Below, in pieces: positions 11,501-26,100 of a DNA stretch of 64,000 nt (the first letter of the stretch is position 1; the number at the start of each line of letters is the position of its first letter). The stretch covers positions 3,038,001 through 3,102,000 of the forward strand of contig OZ231126.1 in NCBI GenBank assembly GCA_965153355.1, written 5' to 3'. Under the pieces are notes generated by a model. The model searched no databases. It saw nothing but the letters and a program-made list of their open reading frames with translations, and was not told where the DNA came from. Position numbers and translations under genes: made by a program. Source of the stretch: Flaccisagitta enflata (lineage: Eukaryota).

Positions 11501-14500
11501 TATTTCAATATCAAAAGCGCCCGGGGCGCTTTTTAGAGAAAATACGGTATTAGTAATGGTACCAGTAGATATTGAACACGCAAATTCATTCGTTCGTTGG
11601 TTCGCACATTCATTTGTTTATTCGTTCGTTCGTACATAATGGGAAACAGTGTCTCGCCTTACCTCCGGTGCCTGGCAGGGGAGCTTCTGTCATGGAAAAG
11701 AGAACGTAGACGAATTCATCGTCGTCATCGATGAGAATGTTGGAGATACGAACGGGTCTGACTTCCGTCACAACCCCGATAGACTCGATCAAGGCCTCCT
11801 TGAAGGCGTTGATGTTGTCGTCGATGAGACCGACAAGTTTCCCGTCGTTACCTGGACAGTATTTGACTCGGTGTTAATACATTGTTGGTTACATGCATCT
11901 GGTTGGTCACTGTCTTTACGGTTCTAAAGGGTAAATGATTGTTTTTGCTGCAGCAGATGTCGTCTAGATTTGAAGATGCGGGGAAATTCACATGAGGAAA
12001 ACGTAAATATAATGATATTTGGAATATAAATTATTAAAAGGATGCTTTATTGATGATGGGTTTTGGTTGCTGTGGAAACACATTTCCATGTTTTCACGTT
12101 AAGATATCAATATTTTGAGGGATTTTTTGAAGGAACATTGGTTAAAATCAGATTTGCTACAACTTTTCCATAACAGATTCTGTAAGAATATCACTTGTTT
12201 AGCTGTTGCTAGGGAGCGTATCCGTGTGTGACAACCCCTTGTGACGGCTATACAAGCGGCATTCTTGTAGAACAATATGGGAATGTTTTAGCAAATTTAA
12301 CTTTAAGCTATGTTCCCTTAAAAAATTTCTCAGAATATTGATATTATTGCGGGAATCTATGGTAACCTCTTTCTATGGCAACCGACCATTATGGGTAATA
12401 AATTATTTTTTTAAGTTTCAAATATCAGTCCCCTTCCTTTATTTGTTTTTCCATAATGCTTGCCCCCGTTATAAGTCTACTGTATATTTTAAGGTTCGTT
12501 TCATGAGACCAATATTGTATCCGGGGTAAGTGGACTGCGATGAGCTCATTCATGATGACTGAATAACATCAGTCCTGAGTTATCCATGTATGTTAAATCT
12601 GAGGGAAGATGCGATCATCGCTTAAGTGTGCGGCATCATCTATTTGTCGAAGTAGTTACCAGCGATGGAAAATTGGAAGTGTTTTCTGACTGGGAAGGCG
12701 CGAAAACAACTTTGAATATCAAAGTTAAGAATGGAGATTTTCTCCGAATCGAAATCGTGGAAGTTCCACACTTGATCGGGGAAGTTGTTTCGGTAGGTTA
12801 TCATTTGCATGGGGACGTTGTGCTCCAACGTTACGCCTGTCGGTGCATGGATGATGAAGAGAGATTTTGCATGGATGATGTCGATGAAGAGAGATTTTGC
12901 ATGGATGATGAAGGGAGATTTTGCTTTTTAATTTTCGGACAACAAGGCCGGATACACGGCCAATACCAGTCGCGGACGGGTGGGCAGGGGCGGAAATGCG
13001 CGTTTTCCGTACTTTCCGGAACTCAGTCATTACCGACAGACGGACGGACAGACAAAGCCTCTTATAGGTCGCTAGTCCGCGACTAAAGAAACCCCTCATT
13101 GATACACTTACGGCATCAAAAACATTCGTCCGTAGATTTTCGAAGGGGAAAAATGAGTGTTTCAATCCAAATTTGGATCAATAAATTGCCGCTGAACGCA
13201 GCGCATTAGGATTAGGAAGTACCCGACGCGCGCTTTGCAACAGCAGGACCCCTTGACGCACATCACGCTCTAACTGCCGGTTGTGACTGCTCTGGTGGGA
13301 ACTCTGGCGTATAATTTTTAAAATTCGCTAGTTCAGGCCCCACAAATTGCTAAATCAGCGAGAAAATTATCTAGATTATTATCGTTATCTGGATTATTAT
13401 TATCTAGATTTTTTTGGTAATAATCTCATAAAAATATCATTGAATGAACAAACTTTTTATCTCTATTTAAATATGTGAAGAAGATAACCAGCCTTTCACA
13501 ACCACTGGTGTCATTAAATAGCTTCAAGATACAGTAGATGTCGTCTAGACTTGGAAATACAGGGGAATTCATTACATGAGGACAAATAAAGTTAAAAGAG
13601 TGATATTTGGAATATAGATTAATAAAAGGATGCTTTATTGCCCATGGGTGTTATTTGATTGCACGTGGAAACACGTTTAAAACACATTTTCATGTATTCA
13701 CGCTAAAGTATCAATATTTTGAGAATTTTTTTTAGGGAACAACGGTGGGTTACAGGGTGCCCAAGGAGTGGGCTACAGTGCCGGAGGGGCTGAGGGGGGC
13801 CCACCTTGGTGGGGGCCCTCAGGAGGGGCTCAAAGGGGGGGTTTCTCTCGGAGTATGCGTAGTTTGTCTGTCGGAAGAGCAACTGCCGGGTCTGTGCTCA
13901 ATAGGAAGCCAAGCAACGTGGGCTAGTAACTTCGGGCTTTTTTTCTCTTGGCTCATCTGAAAACTTCTGGCGAATTATAGTTTATTGCTTCCGGTTCGCT
14001 TCCCATTATTAGGCTGTGACATTCATAACCTAAATTATTATTGTCCGCTGTCGCAAAAAAACAAAACAAAACAAAAAAAACAAAACAAAACAAAACAAAA
14101 AAAAACAAAAAAGAAAACAAAAGAAAAATATACACTGAATGACTGTACAGCAAAGATTACTTCTCATGCGACATGCCGTATCCTGTATCACTGCGCGAAA
14201 GCTTTTTTGCTCTCTGTAACATTTATTTGTATTGTTATTGAAATGTTGATTAACATTGCTCATGTTGTTACTGTGTATTGCAACTATCCGAGATCAGTTT
14301 TGGTCTGCTGCTTACATGTTGCCTTTACCTTTCCATTTGCAGAAAAAAAAAAGAAAACATTGTTTAAAATAAAATTTGCCACAACTTTCCCACAGTATGT
14401 TCTGTAAGAATATTTGTCGTTTGGCTTGCACCGTTGCTAGGGAGCGTTACCATGTGTGACAGCCCTGTGATGCTCCTAGCAACCGCCAGCAACGATATTC

Positions 14501-17500
14501 TTTGAGGGTATACTATGGAAAAGTTATATTAAATTTTATTTAAAACAATGTTCCCTCTAAAAATTTCTCAAAAAATCGATACTTTAGCGTAAAATACATG
14601 GAAATGTGTTTCCATAACCAACACATGGGCAATAAAGCATCCTTTTATTAGTTTATATTCCAAATATCGCTCTCTTAACTTTTTTGTCTTCTGTAATGAA
14701 TTCCTGTGTTCCCAAGTCTAGACGACATCTACTGTAGCTTAAAAAGAGATTACAAAAAATGAACAAAAAATGAGCGAATAATGGAAAGTAATCATCCAAG
14801 GATCGCACATTGCCAGTGGTACCCGATGCCTTGCTGGGAGTGATTTAATGAAAGTTGAGAGTAAGCAGGACAGCGGTTTATGTTATTTAATGGATTTTTT
14901 TCATTTTTTATATATTTTCCAAGTTATTCAATGGGAATTTATGCATTTTCTGTCAATTTTTCATGTTATTTAATGGGGATTTTTCTAGTTGGGCAGTGGC
15001 TCCAAAGGGGTTGATGACCTATGCTTTCACACATATAGAGGAATTTTCTCCTCCTTCTCCTCCTCCTCCTCCCCTCCTCCCCCCAGCCTCCCCCCAGCCT
15101 CCAGGCCAATTTTTCAGCCAGGAGGCCCATTTTTCAGCCTGGAGACCCATATCCCAGCCTCGAGGCCCAAACTCCAGTCTTGAGGCCCAAATCCCACCCT
15201 CAAGGCCCAAATCCCAATCCCAAGGCCCAGATTCCACTCTCTAGGGATTTGGGCCTTGAGGCTGGGATATGGGCCTGGAGGCTGGGGGAGAAAGAGAGGT
15301 GTGGAGAAGGAGGAGGAGGGAGGAAGAAAATTCCCCTTATGTTTAACAGGTCATCGACCTTTGGGGCCACTGCTCATATGTGCTTCCCCCCTCAACTTCA
15401 ACCACAACCTACTTAAGCAGGGCACGGGTACCGCTGACCATCTAACGCTTTTGTGGCAATTTTTGACTTTTTTTCATGTTATTAAATTTGAATTTTTGTA
15501 CTCTTCAGTTTTTGTCAATTTTCTATGTCATTCAATAGGGGTTAAAATTTCTGGCTAAATGAGGTGGGGGAGGGCAGATGTGCGGAAGAACATATATAAT
15601 TTATATATGGAATTTGCCCCTGTCCTACAGGACATGGGCCCTTTGGGGCCGCAGCCAAAGTGAGCAACTATGTTAAAAATGGTAATAAATCATTAATGGT
15701 AACAAATAGGTTCAAGCAGGCCAAGTAGGCCAATAAGGTGCGACGTGCGACGTCGAACAAATGCGTTACCCGACAAACCACCGAGCGACCGACCAACGGA
15801 CACAGACATTTTTAAAAGAGGAGCGTTGTCGCACCTAAAAACATGACAAGTCTAGTCACCAAACAGTTAGTTTTCGACTGAGAAAAAAAAGGGGGAAATA
15901 CAGGGAATACCGCGTCAAATGATACAAAAGAAAACGACATAACTTTGCTTCTAGAGATATAAGTAGATCAATTTTGTAAAAAGATCGAGAGCTCCTAAAG
16001 CGATTTTTTACTGTACATCGTTTCTGTACATAGTTTGAAAAAAACTACAGCTTTTAAAAGTTTCAAAAGAAAAGGAATATTGAAAGGATTTTTGAGGATT
16101 TTTAATGGTTTTGAACATAAAATTAGTGGTTCCCATTAGGATATTGAGCAAAAATTGTAGGATTTTACCAAACTTGATTCAAATTCAATTTAAATTTTAG
16201 ATATGCTCACTTTGTTTTAAAAATTAAACATTTAGACTAATGAAGACAACTCAGAGGATCCATCTTCTTTGAGCAACATATTAGAAGTGGTGAAAAAAAC
16301 CAGTTTTCTTGATTTGAAATGTCTCCACTGTATCTGTTCCATCAATTTCATAAAATTTTTTGAATTATCTTTGATATGAGCCCAATCTCATGTATTTAGC
16401 TCAATTTGTTTAGAAATGATACTGAATGGAAGATGCAGGTACAGCTGCTTTGAATGAGAGAAATTTGACGAAACGATTTTTTTCAAAATGAATGTTTTTA
16501 AAACACATTCTATTAGGGCCAAAACCGTTAGGAGGTTATAATGTATCAGAATAGGATAAAATCGTTTTATAGTGCTTTTTAACACTTTTTTTCAGATTTG
16601 AAATATTTTTTCCAATGCAGAATTACATCGTTTTCTTTTGTCTCTTTTGGCGGGGTATTCCCTGTAGTAAAAATTAGCTAGAAAAGCAGGCACTCTAACT
16701 TCTAAACTAGAATTAGCTAGATTATCTTGCGAAATCGTTAGAATCATCTAGAAGCAACTAGATTGGCTTAGTGATTCTTGGACGCTGTTAGAACACTGGC
16801 TGGTATCTAGGAGCAATAAATGCGAAGCTAAATGGGTAGCTCAGAGGTCATAGAAAGTAAATCAATGCTGAAAAACCTCCAGTTCCTCTAATTCCACTTG
16901 TTATAGATTTCTTTTGAATATATTCAAGACGTGGTTATCATCTCACTTTACCCTTGGTAATAAGAACTAAATTTATTACTTCCACTCATGCAAGCAATTT
17001 CTCTTTTCTTCTGCGCTAAGTAAATGCAGTGTAATGATTTTTAGTATCGATTCCAATTCCATCAACTGTTGCCCAAAGTGTGCCGTTTGAATTATTGGTA
17101 TTGTTAAAACCGCATTATGCAAATTAAGTTCTTAATGCTGACGTTACAGCAACTTCTCACCTTCCCACTAGAGTTCGAGAGATTTTCAAATTCCCATAAT
17201 ATACAAGAATACAAATGTCCTACTACTATACCTTCAATAGCTTGCCATTCCCCCGCGAGGATGTACCATTCGTAAACTTCATTTGACATGGGCGGGCCTT
17301 CGGGATCGGGAAATCTTTTGCCTGTGAGTTCAGAAGATGGAATGAAAGTGAAATGAATCGGCAGGTTCACTTGGAAACGTTTTTTACAACTAAGTGTGGA
17401 TAGAATGGCCGGAGAGCGTCTTTAAAAGCTCAGGGTAACTGTCGACCCCCTCACGACAGTTCCACTTAATCCATATTGCTCATAACCATGTCCACAATCC

Positions 17501-17770
17501 ACATTCCAGAGTCAATTTACCAATCCAAACGTGGACTTCGGTATCTCTGAGGTATCGGCGTCCTACGTACTGAAATTCAGAGTCTTCCGGGTGAAATATC
17601 TCCATCGGATTCTTCATGACTGCCAATTCAAAATGTCTGACTCGTCATGCATTCTCTCCTTTCTTCGTCGTTTCTCTGTTTCTCCTTGTTTTCGTCCGTC
17701 CATCCGTCCGCCTGCCTGTCTCAGTCCGTCCGTCTGCCTTTCTATCTCTCTGTCAGTATATTTGCCACTC

Positions 17771-17856
<86 letters not shown>

Positions 17857-20076
17857 CTCTCTCCTTCCTCTCATGAGACAGTTGGGGCCTGGCCCGAGCA
17901 ACAACTCACTTGGAACAGAGTCATCACCGGCAAAGGGTGGACAATACATCCAATTGAGTCCCGCAGAAGGCAGATCCAGACAGTTGCCTGTTGGGAAGAG
18001 AGAGTGGAGAAGAGAGAGAAGAAGAAGAAGAAGAAGAAGAAGAAGAAGAAGAGAGAGAGAGAGAGAGAGAGAGAAAGAAAAAGACAGACAGACAGACAGA
18101 TAAAAATATGGCCAGACAAAGTGACCAGAAGACCGACTTAGAGACATGTAGCTACATGAGGAGAACGACAGAAAGGTTTAGAAAATTGCAAGGACCCAGA
18201 CACAAATTTGAATCTCATCATGAATGGGTGGGAACTGCGCAATGGGCGTGGGCGGAAATGCGCATGGGCGGAAATGCGCATTTTCGCTCTTTTCAACACC
18301 GTCACCAGTTACAGACGAAAGTGAAATACAAGAAGTTAACCCCCCAAAAACTGTAGCACCCCCCCCCCTAAACCGCGACATGAAGAAAAACATATAAGGT
18401 AGGGAATGGAAGCTTATATCCATACAATTAGCCTCATCAGAGCATTTTTGGAATTTCATTCCCAGTGAAGAATTATAGCAAGAAAACCAGTGAAAAATTG
18501 CATTTTTAGCATTATTCAAAAAATATTAAATTTGGATAGTTTTTTAGCTGTAGCTTTTTACGGGGATTGAAATTCCAAAATGTTTTTCTGCGACAAAAAA
18601 AAAAGCAAAACAAAATACAAAACTAATACGATCCGCTTCCTTTTCTTACAAGCATGTATAACAACCTAGATTTTTTTCACCTTTAATTTGATCGATGGTG
18701 TAAGCCAAGCCGGTCCTAAAGTCGTGAATTTCCCTGATTGCGACCCCTTCAAAGTCCTCAATGTCGTCCATGTCGTCAAACACCATCGTCGGAATATGAT
18801 CGTATCGTGCCAACAGACGAGGCTGATCGTACCAAAAACGAGTCGTACGCTGCCACAAAAATCAGGTAACGTGGGTTAAGTTATTGATAACACGCGCCGT
18901 GCTTGCGGACACGGGCAGTAAACACGAACTAAAAAGTAAATTGTGACCGACAGTCCGACTAAAAAGTGGCTGATAGAAAGTCAAAACCAATCATAAATGA
19001 AAGAAACTAAAGGAAACAAGTACCCCGGGGGTACAACGATGCGTCCACATGCGGCTTAGCTTGTTAAGAATGATGCAATATTGCATCAACCTTGTGGAAT
19101 GATGCAATAATCTGAGATGTTTCCAAGATTCTATGCATTTTCATCATTCTCCAACTCGATCACCACGGACCGACCAACCAGCGGACGGGCGTGCGGACGG
19201 ACAAAGCCTCTTATAGAGATGCGTGGACGCATCTAAAAATAAGAAAAACAAGGCCAATAAGGTGCACCGTGTGGATCGTCAAACGAATGTGTTACCGTCC
19301 GACCAACCGACAAACAGACCAACGAACACAGCCAGTGATAGAGGTACGTTGGCGCGCCCAAAAAAAGGAAGAGTCAAATAAAGAATGAGTGAATGAGATC
19401 AGGTATAGAAAGAAGTATCTAGATAGAAAAAAAAGAAAAAAAAAAGAATGCGAAAAGAGAGGAACAAGTTACGCGAGGTCACAATATCGTTGCGGACTGG
19501 TGGGCAGGGCATACAACCCCAGCCTATTAACCTCTCACTCAAGCGCGCGCACACACACACACGCACACACACACACAAAAAAAAAAATATCACTGCAGCA
19601 ACATGAAGGTGCGTTTTTCGCGTTCTCAAGTGGAACGTAACGGACTAACGGACGGATCAAGTCTCTATAAATAGAGTTGTATCAGTAGGACCCGAATTGT
19701 GTGTGTGTGTGCAATACATTACAGGAAGAAAAAATTACTTAAGAGGCTGATATTTGGAATATAGACTAATGAAACGATGCTTTGTTGCCCATGAGTGTTG
19801 GTTGCTATGGAAACACATTTTCATGTATTCACGCTAAAGTATCAATATTTTGAGAACATTGTTTAAAACAAAATTTGCTACAACTTTCCAACAATATATT
19901 TTGAAGTGGCAGAGTAGCTTAACAACAGCCGTGGCCCCTTGCTCATCAACAGCCCTGGCCCCTTGCTCATCAACAGCCGTGGCCCCTTACCCATCAACAC
20001 TCCGTGGCCCCTAGCACGTGGCCCCTTCCGTAATGGGGCCCGTGGCGAATGCCCCCCTACCGAGAGCAAGCATACC

Positions 20077-20138
<62 letters not shown>

Positions 20139-23100
20139 TATGTGTGTGTGTTTGTATGTGTGTGTGTTTGTATGTGTGTTTGTATGTGTGTTTGTATGTG
20201 TTTGTGTGTGTGTGTTTGTAAGTGTGTGTGTTTGTGTGTTTGTATGTGTGTGTGTTTGTTTGTGTGTGTGCGCGAGTGCGCGAAAGACATATATCATCGA
20301 CCTTTATTTGATTTTGCGCTTTGACGTCTTCGATGGTTATTGCAAACTGAGGAGCCAGCTGCGGAAGTTCTCGGGTGTTTTTTCTGCCTGGACAAAAAAC
20401 GCCAGGCGGTGTCTGGAACACACTGCCATGTGAGAAGAACGAGAAAACCGTGCAGATAATTACAGGGTGTGCAAAACAAAAATCGGAATGTCGAGAGAAT
20501 AAGCGCACTTCCACTTGAAATTCTAGTTGATCTAGTGACATAAGATTTCACTTTCGCAGTCCAGTATTTTCTCAGTTCAAATCTTTACTGGTCCAAATGC
20601 AAGAATGCTTTTATTCCTGTTCACTTTTACCATATTTTCTATTTTTTCACACCCTGTTATTCACTTTGTCAACGCATAAGCTCATGGCTCCACACCCAGT
20701 ACATTTTTCTAGATGAAAAACCATGTCTCGTTTTTAAAACAACATTATTCTTAATCAGGTGAAATCGAGAATGAAAAGAAACATATGCAAATTATAGAGA
20801 GGTTATGTTCAATATGGATAGAGATGGAGGAATAGACTGATTTATCAGTAAATACCATACCTTGGATCACCTGATAATCCGGGCTCCCATTTGACATACT
20901 CATAGACGTGAGAAAAGTACTCCACTCCACCTGGTAGCAGATATTCCCATCAAACGAGGTAATAGTTGATTGAAAAAAGGAGGGTACATTGGAGCGGCAT
21001 TCTAGAATTGGATGATCTTTTAAAACTTTCCGTCGCCGAGAATCAGATTAAATTCATGGAACTATGCCGGGTGGTTCAAAAAAAGTTTTTTTTAAACTTG
21101 GTCGCAATATGGCTCCAATCACCAAAATTTGTGACTGGCTCATTATGGAAGAAGGAACGGACAGACAAAAATCAGCAAACAAAAACAAGGCCGGACACTC
21201 GGCACCCAAATCGTGGATGGCTGGGCAGGGGCAGTAATGCAGAAACCGCTCGCTATTCAAAAATGTGACGTGACGTGATGTGACCTATGACCTACCAACC
21301 GACACAGCAAGTTCTGGAGTAGTGTTAAAAAACACGAAATTTTAAGACATTTTAAGAACATAATATCTGTACCTGTGTAATTGACCTTTTCGCCATACCA
21401 CTTGGCGGCAATAGGTATTTGTGACTTTCCTGTGGGAGATGTCCATCGATCCTTGTTGTCAAAATACCACAGAATAGTGACCATATTTATGCCCATGTCT
21501 GGAATAGGGCCGGAAAACTTCCAAAGATGACAAGGAATGCCGCGAGCCTCGTCCTCGCCTACGTATGTCTCGTTCAAGCTCCCTCCAAATCTGTTAAAGC
21601 AATTGGATGTACCGCCTCGAGCGTACCCGCTTTTTAAGGCGAAATCGCCTCTTAGGAATAACACCTAAAATCCACTTCAATACCAATAAAGGCAGCTAAT
21701 CGCCGTAGGAAAAAAGTCGTAAATGCTGAGAGAGAGAGAGAGAGAGAGAGAATGAATGAGAGAGAGAGATAAAGAGAGGGACAGATGGATGGACAGACAG
21801 ACAGATAGATGGATGGACAGACAGACGGAAGGACAGACAGACAGATGGACAGACGGACAGAGAATGACACAGAGAGAGAACGCTTGTTTTTCCACTTGAA
21901 AGAACGCTTGTTTTTCCACTTGAAAGTACGCTTATTTTTCCACTTTTTCACCATGAATAGACTGATGGACCAACAGACCAACAGATGGTCTGATGGATAG
22001 AAGAGTGAGAGACTTTGCTGCTAGCATGTACAATCATCATCTGGGACAATTTGAAGTTCAAATAGACTTCAATATTGAACTTAATTCCTTATTTTTGGGA
22101 AAAATGCGAAATATACAAAAAAATAGAAAAAAATTCAGAAAATCATAGCTCTGAAACTATAGATCGCACAGAATTCTGTTGGCGTCATCTGAAAGAGGAG
22201 ATTAGCTCTTTCTTAACCATTAATTTCATGCATAGTCTCATTTGGCCCCAGAAATTGATCAACTTTCTCAAACCACTAATGAGAAAAAGAGAAAATCAAT
22301 TTCCGCCGAAGGACTCAAAAAGCCGAAGGTATTCTTCGTCTTTTTTCCAAAAAATTTTCGTTCTGCGGACACGCATCTCTATTTATAGGAGTTTTGTCCG
22401 TCCGTCCGTCGAAGTCAAATACACTCTTTTTTTTTGAGTAAGGACAAAGTTTATAAGGACGTGAGGCTGAAATTCTGCCAAAAATTAAGGACATTTTGAG
22501 GACAAAGCTCAGCCTCAAATTTGAAAAAAAAATTTTTTTGATTCATAATTTGAATTGTTCTTACATAAATTCTTAGAAAAAATAACCTTATCAAACAAGA
22601 AACTATATATTACATAACTATATAAAACCATATTGCTATTAATAGCAGTTACTGTCATATCTAACTTCTACCAATAAAGGCGGCTCTCGCCGTAGGAAAA
22701 AAGTCGTAAGTGCGAGGTTTTGGAATTTTTTTTTATGATATGTTTTGTACGGTTGTTTTTGCCTTTTTTTTCTTCTCTAGGCATCTTTGGTTTGTTCCAC
22801 TCTCTACATGTGTTTCTCTGTTTGAGACAGAGGCATCCAACCCCCATCCACACCCCTACCCAAACCCCCGCACACAAGCATCTAGAATGCTTGTTTTTCC
22901 ACTTTTCCAATTGGATGGACAGACGGACCAACAGACCGATGGATGGACTGACAGACAAAACCTCTCATAGAGTCCAGAGTTGAAATGAGAGAGAAACTGT
23001 GCTGCCAAGGTTCACAATCATCACCTGGGACATTTCAAAGTTCAAATAGACTTCAATTAACTCGATTCCTTGTTTTGGGGAAAAATGCAAAAAATGCGAA

Positions 23101-26100
23101 AAAAATATAAAAAGATGTTAAAAATCATAGCTCAAAACTATGATCAAGAATTCTTGGCGTCATCTGAAAGAGGAGAATTAGTTCTTTCTTAGCTATTAAT
23201 TTCATGCGTAGTCCTGTTCTGCCCCCAAAATGTATCAACTTCCCCAAAGGACTCATAAGACAAAGAGAAATCCGTTTTTTTCTGCAGGACTCAAAAAGAC
23301 CGAAGGGACTTCGTCTCTTCGACTTTTTTCCAAATTACCTTATACCGTGCATTAATCATGTTAATGCATGAAATATTATCATAAGAAAATCATAGAAAAA
23401 TATTAAGGACATGCTAAAAACATTTCAGGCTGGAATTTGCAAAAATTTAACAACTCCCCAGCCTCAGCAAAAAATTACTGGTCCTTATATAAAAAAAAGT
23501 GTATTGTAATAACGAACACTTTAGATAATTTGTATATGTGTGTAGAGGGGTGGGGATTGGGTATGAATGATGGTTGGACGCTCATGCCCACCCGCCCACC
23601 TGGATTTTGTTACCACGCGTCAGGTTTTGATACTTCACATGGCAAAACTTAGAAGTATCCCTCTACCCTTCTAACATAATGTCGAGGAGCAAAAATCATA
23701 GAGAATGAGCGGTTTCCTTTTTTGGGCAGCAGCCCTGGAGAGGTTGCTGACCTATGATTCCTGACAGGGCAATTTTGCTGATGAGCTTTCTTTGTCCACC
23801 ACCCTTAAGCATTAAATCAGTCTCCTCAGACCCCAAATCTAGCCTCTCAAAGACTCAAACCTCAAATCAGGCCTCTCAGACCCTAGATCAGGCCTCTCAG
23901 AACCTAAATTGGTCCTCTCAGACCCAGAATCAGTCCTCTCAGTCACAAACCCCAAATTGGGCCTCCAATTTAAATCAGTATCCTCAGACCCCAAATCAGG
24001 CCTCCCAGACCTCAAATCAGGCCTCTCAGACCCCAAATCAGGCCTATCAGGCAGTATCAGGCCCCATGTCAGACTTCTCAAACCCCAAATAAAACCTCAC
24101 AGATCCTTAATTAAACCTCATACACAGGCCTGAATTTAGAGCGTTCCCGTGTGCCTGATGCACTCTGTTTTGCTGTCGGGCACGCTGGTTTTACTAATGG
24201 CCTGCCCGGCTGGACTAACAAATTTTTAAAAGAATTACAATTTTTCATTTCTTTATGTAGAGATCAATCATCGATTTTTGATAAAGTTTATAGATTTGTT
24301 CAATCATAATTCAAGCATACATTCATTTTGCCAGTTATCAATCCATTCATGCATTCATTCATTCATTCATACATTCCTTTACATTCCTTTTGGGCAGCAG
24401 CCCCAAAGCTGACAAAGCCCTATAAAACACAGGACTTTTTTTTGTTCATCCATCCATCCATCTGTCTGTTCGTTCATTCATCCCCCCCTTCATCAGGCCC
24501 CTCAGGTCTCAAATCCAGCCTGTCAGGCCTCAAATCCAGCCTCTCATGCCACAAATCTGGCCTCTCAGACCAAAAATTTGGCCTCTCAGGCCTCAAATCC
24601 AAATTCTCAGGCCACAAACCTGGCCTCAAGCCTCAAATTTTGCCTCTCAGGCCTCAAATCGGCCATCTAAACCTCAATTTACTGCTCTCAGGCTTCAAAT
24701 CAGTCCTCTGGCCTTTCAAGCCTTAATTCAGCTCTCTCGAGCTTTCAATAGGCATTCTCAGACGTTACATCAGCTTTCTTAGACCTCATTTTAGGCTCTT
24801 GAATGCCTTCAGTCAGCCCTATATAGCATCGCACTCACCTCTTCAGGTAGGATGAACAAAAGTCCCCCTGTGTTCTACAGGACTTTGTTCCCTTTGGGGC
24901 CGCTGCCCCTAACTCAAATTTACAATCACTCAAAGCAGAGCAACGGGTATCGCTAACCACATATTGCCCTTGGGCGACCTGTTTCTCCCTATTCTACAGG
25001 ATGTATGATATTAAAATGAAGTTGCATCTCTGAAAACATTTATCTAAAAGGAAAACTCAATGTCCAGAGTTAATTGTTGATAGATCAAATTTCCATTTTC
25101 ACATTCATTTATTTCTCCATTTGTTTGTTTATTTGTTTTGTCATTTATTTATCAAGGGTAATTCTGAATTAATGGGAATGTTTTGATCAATCATTATGGG
25201 CTTTCGGGAAAAAAACTAGCATCATCTTTCATCACTTTTTAGTTGCGGACACGCAACTCTATAAGAGGCTTTGTCCGTCTGTCCGTTGGTCGGTCGGTCG
25301 GTTGGTCGTGGTGATCGAGTTGAGAATGATGAAAAACGCGCATTTACCTACCCTGCACGGTCCGCAACTGATGGCCGTGTATCCGGCCTTGTTTGTTGAT
25401 TCTTTACTAAATATTAACACAAATGCTGGGGGTTCACTATTAGGGTGGTCACGAAATAGAGTCGAATTTAAAAAAATGATATACTCTAGTTTTGCATAAA
25501 TGTACCAAATAGAAGAGGTTTTCCCACAAGTAGAAGTCTGAATTTGAAGATTAAACCATGGCGGCAAAACTATAGGCTTCCTATGGCAATAAAAAAAATC
25601 CCCATAGCAACGCATGGTTTTTGCCCAACAAAAATTTCTTATTTGATTATTTTTTAAGCTTGTGAAAATCCTTCTGTGGACATTTGTGCAAAGGAGGCTC
25701 AAGTATAATAATATATGAGGTGACCCAAAACTGGACCCTATTCCTGTTGCAATGTATTGTTTGTATGATGGAGTCTAAAGTAAATTTAGAAATAAGGTGG
25801 AAAACAGGGCACGCCTATTTTCTGCCAGGCACACTAAAGTTGTGAGGAGCGTGCCCGGCGTGCATGCTCAACAAAATAATTACATTTAGGCCTACTTTTA
25901 CACCCCAGATCAGGCCTCTCAGACCCTAAAGCAAGCCTTTAGGACCCCAAATAAGGCCTCAAATTAAGCCTATCAGTCCCCATATCGGCTACTTAGGCCC
26001 TAAAATCAGGTCTCCTAACCTCAAACCATACTCATAAGCTCCAAATACACATTCAAAAACCCAAAACAAAGTTGCCCTGTGTGGAATCATAAGTCATCAG

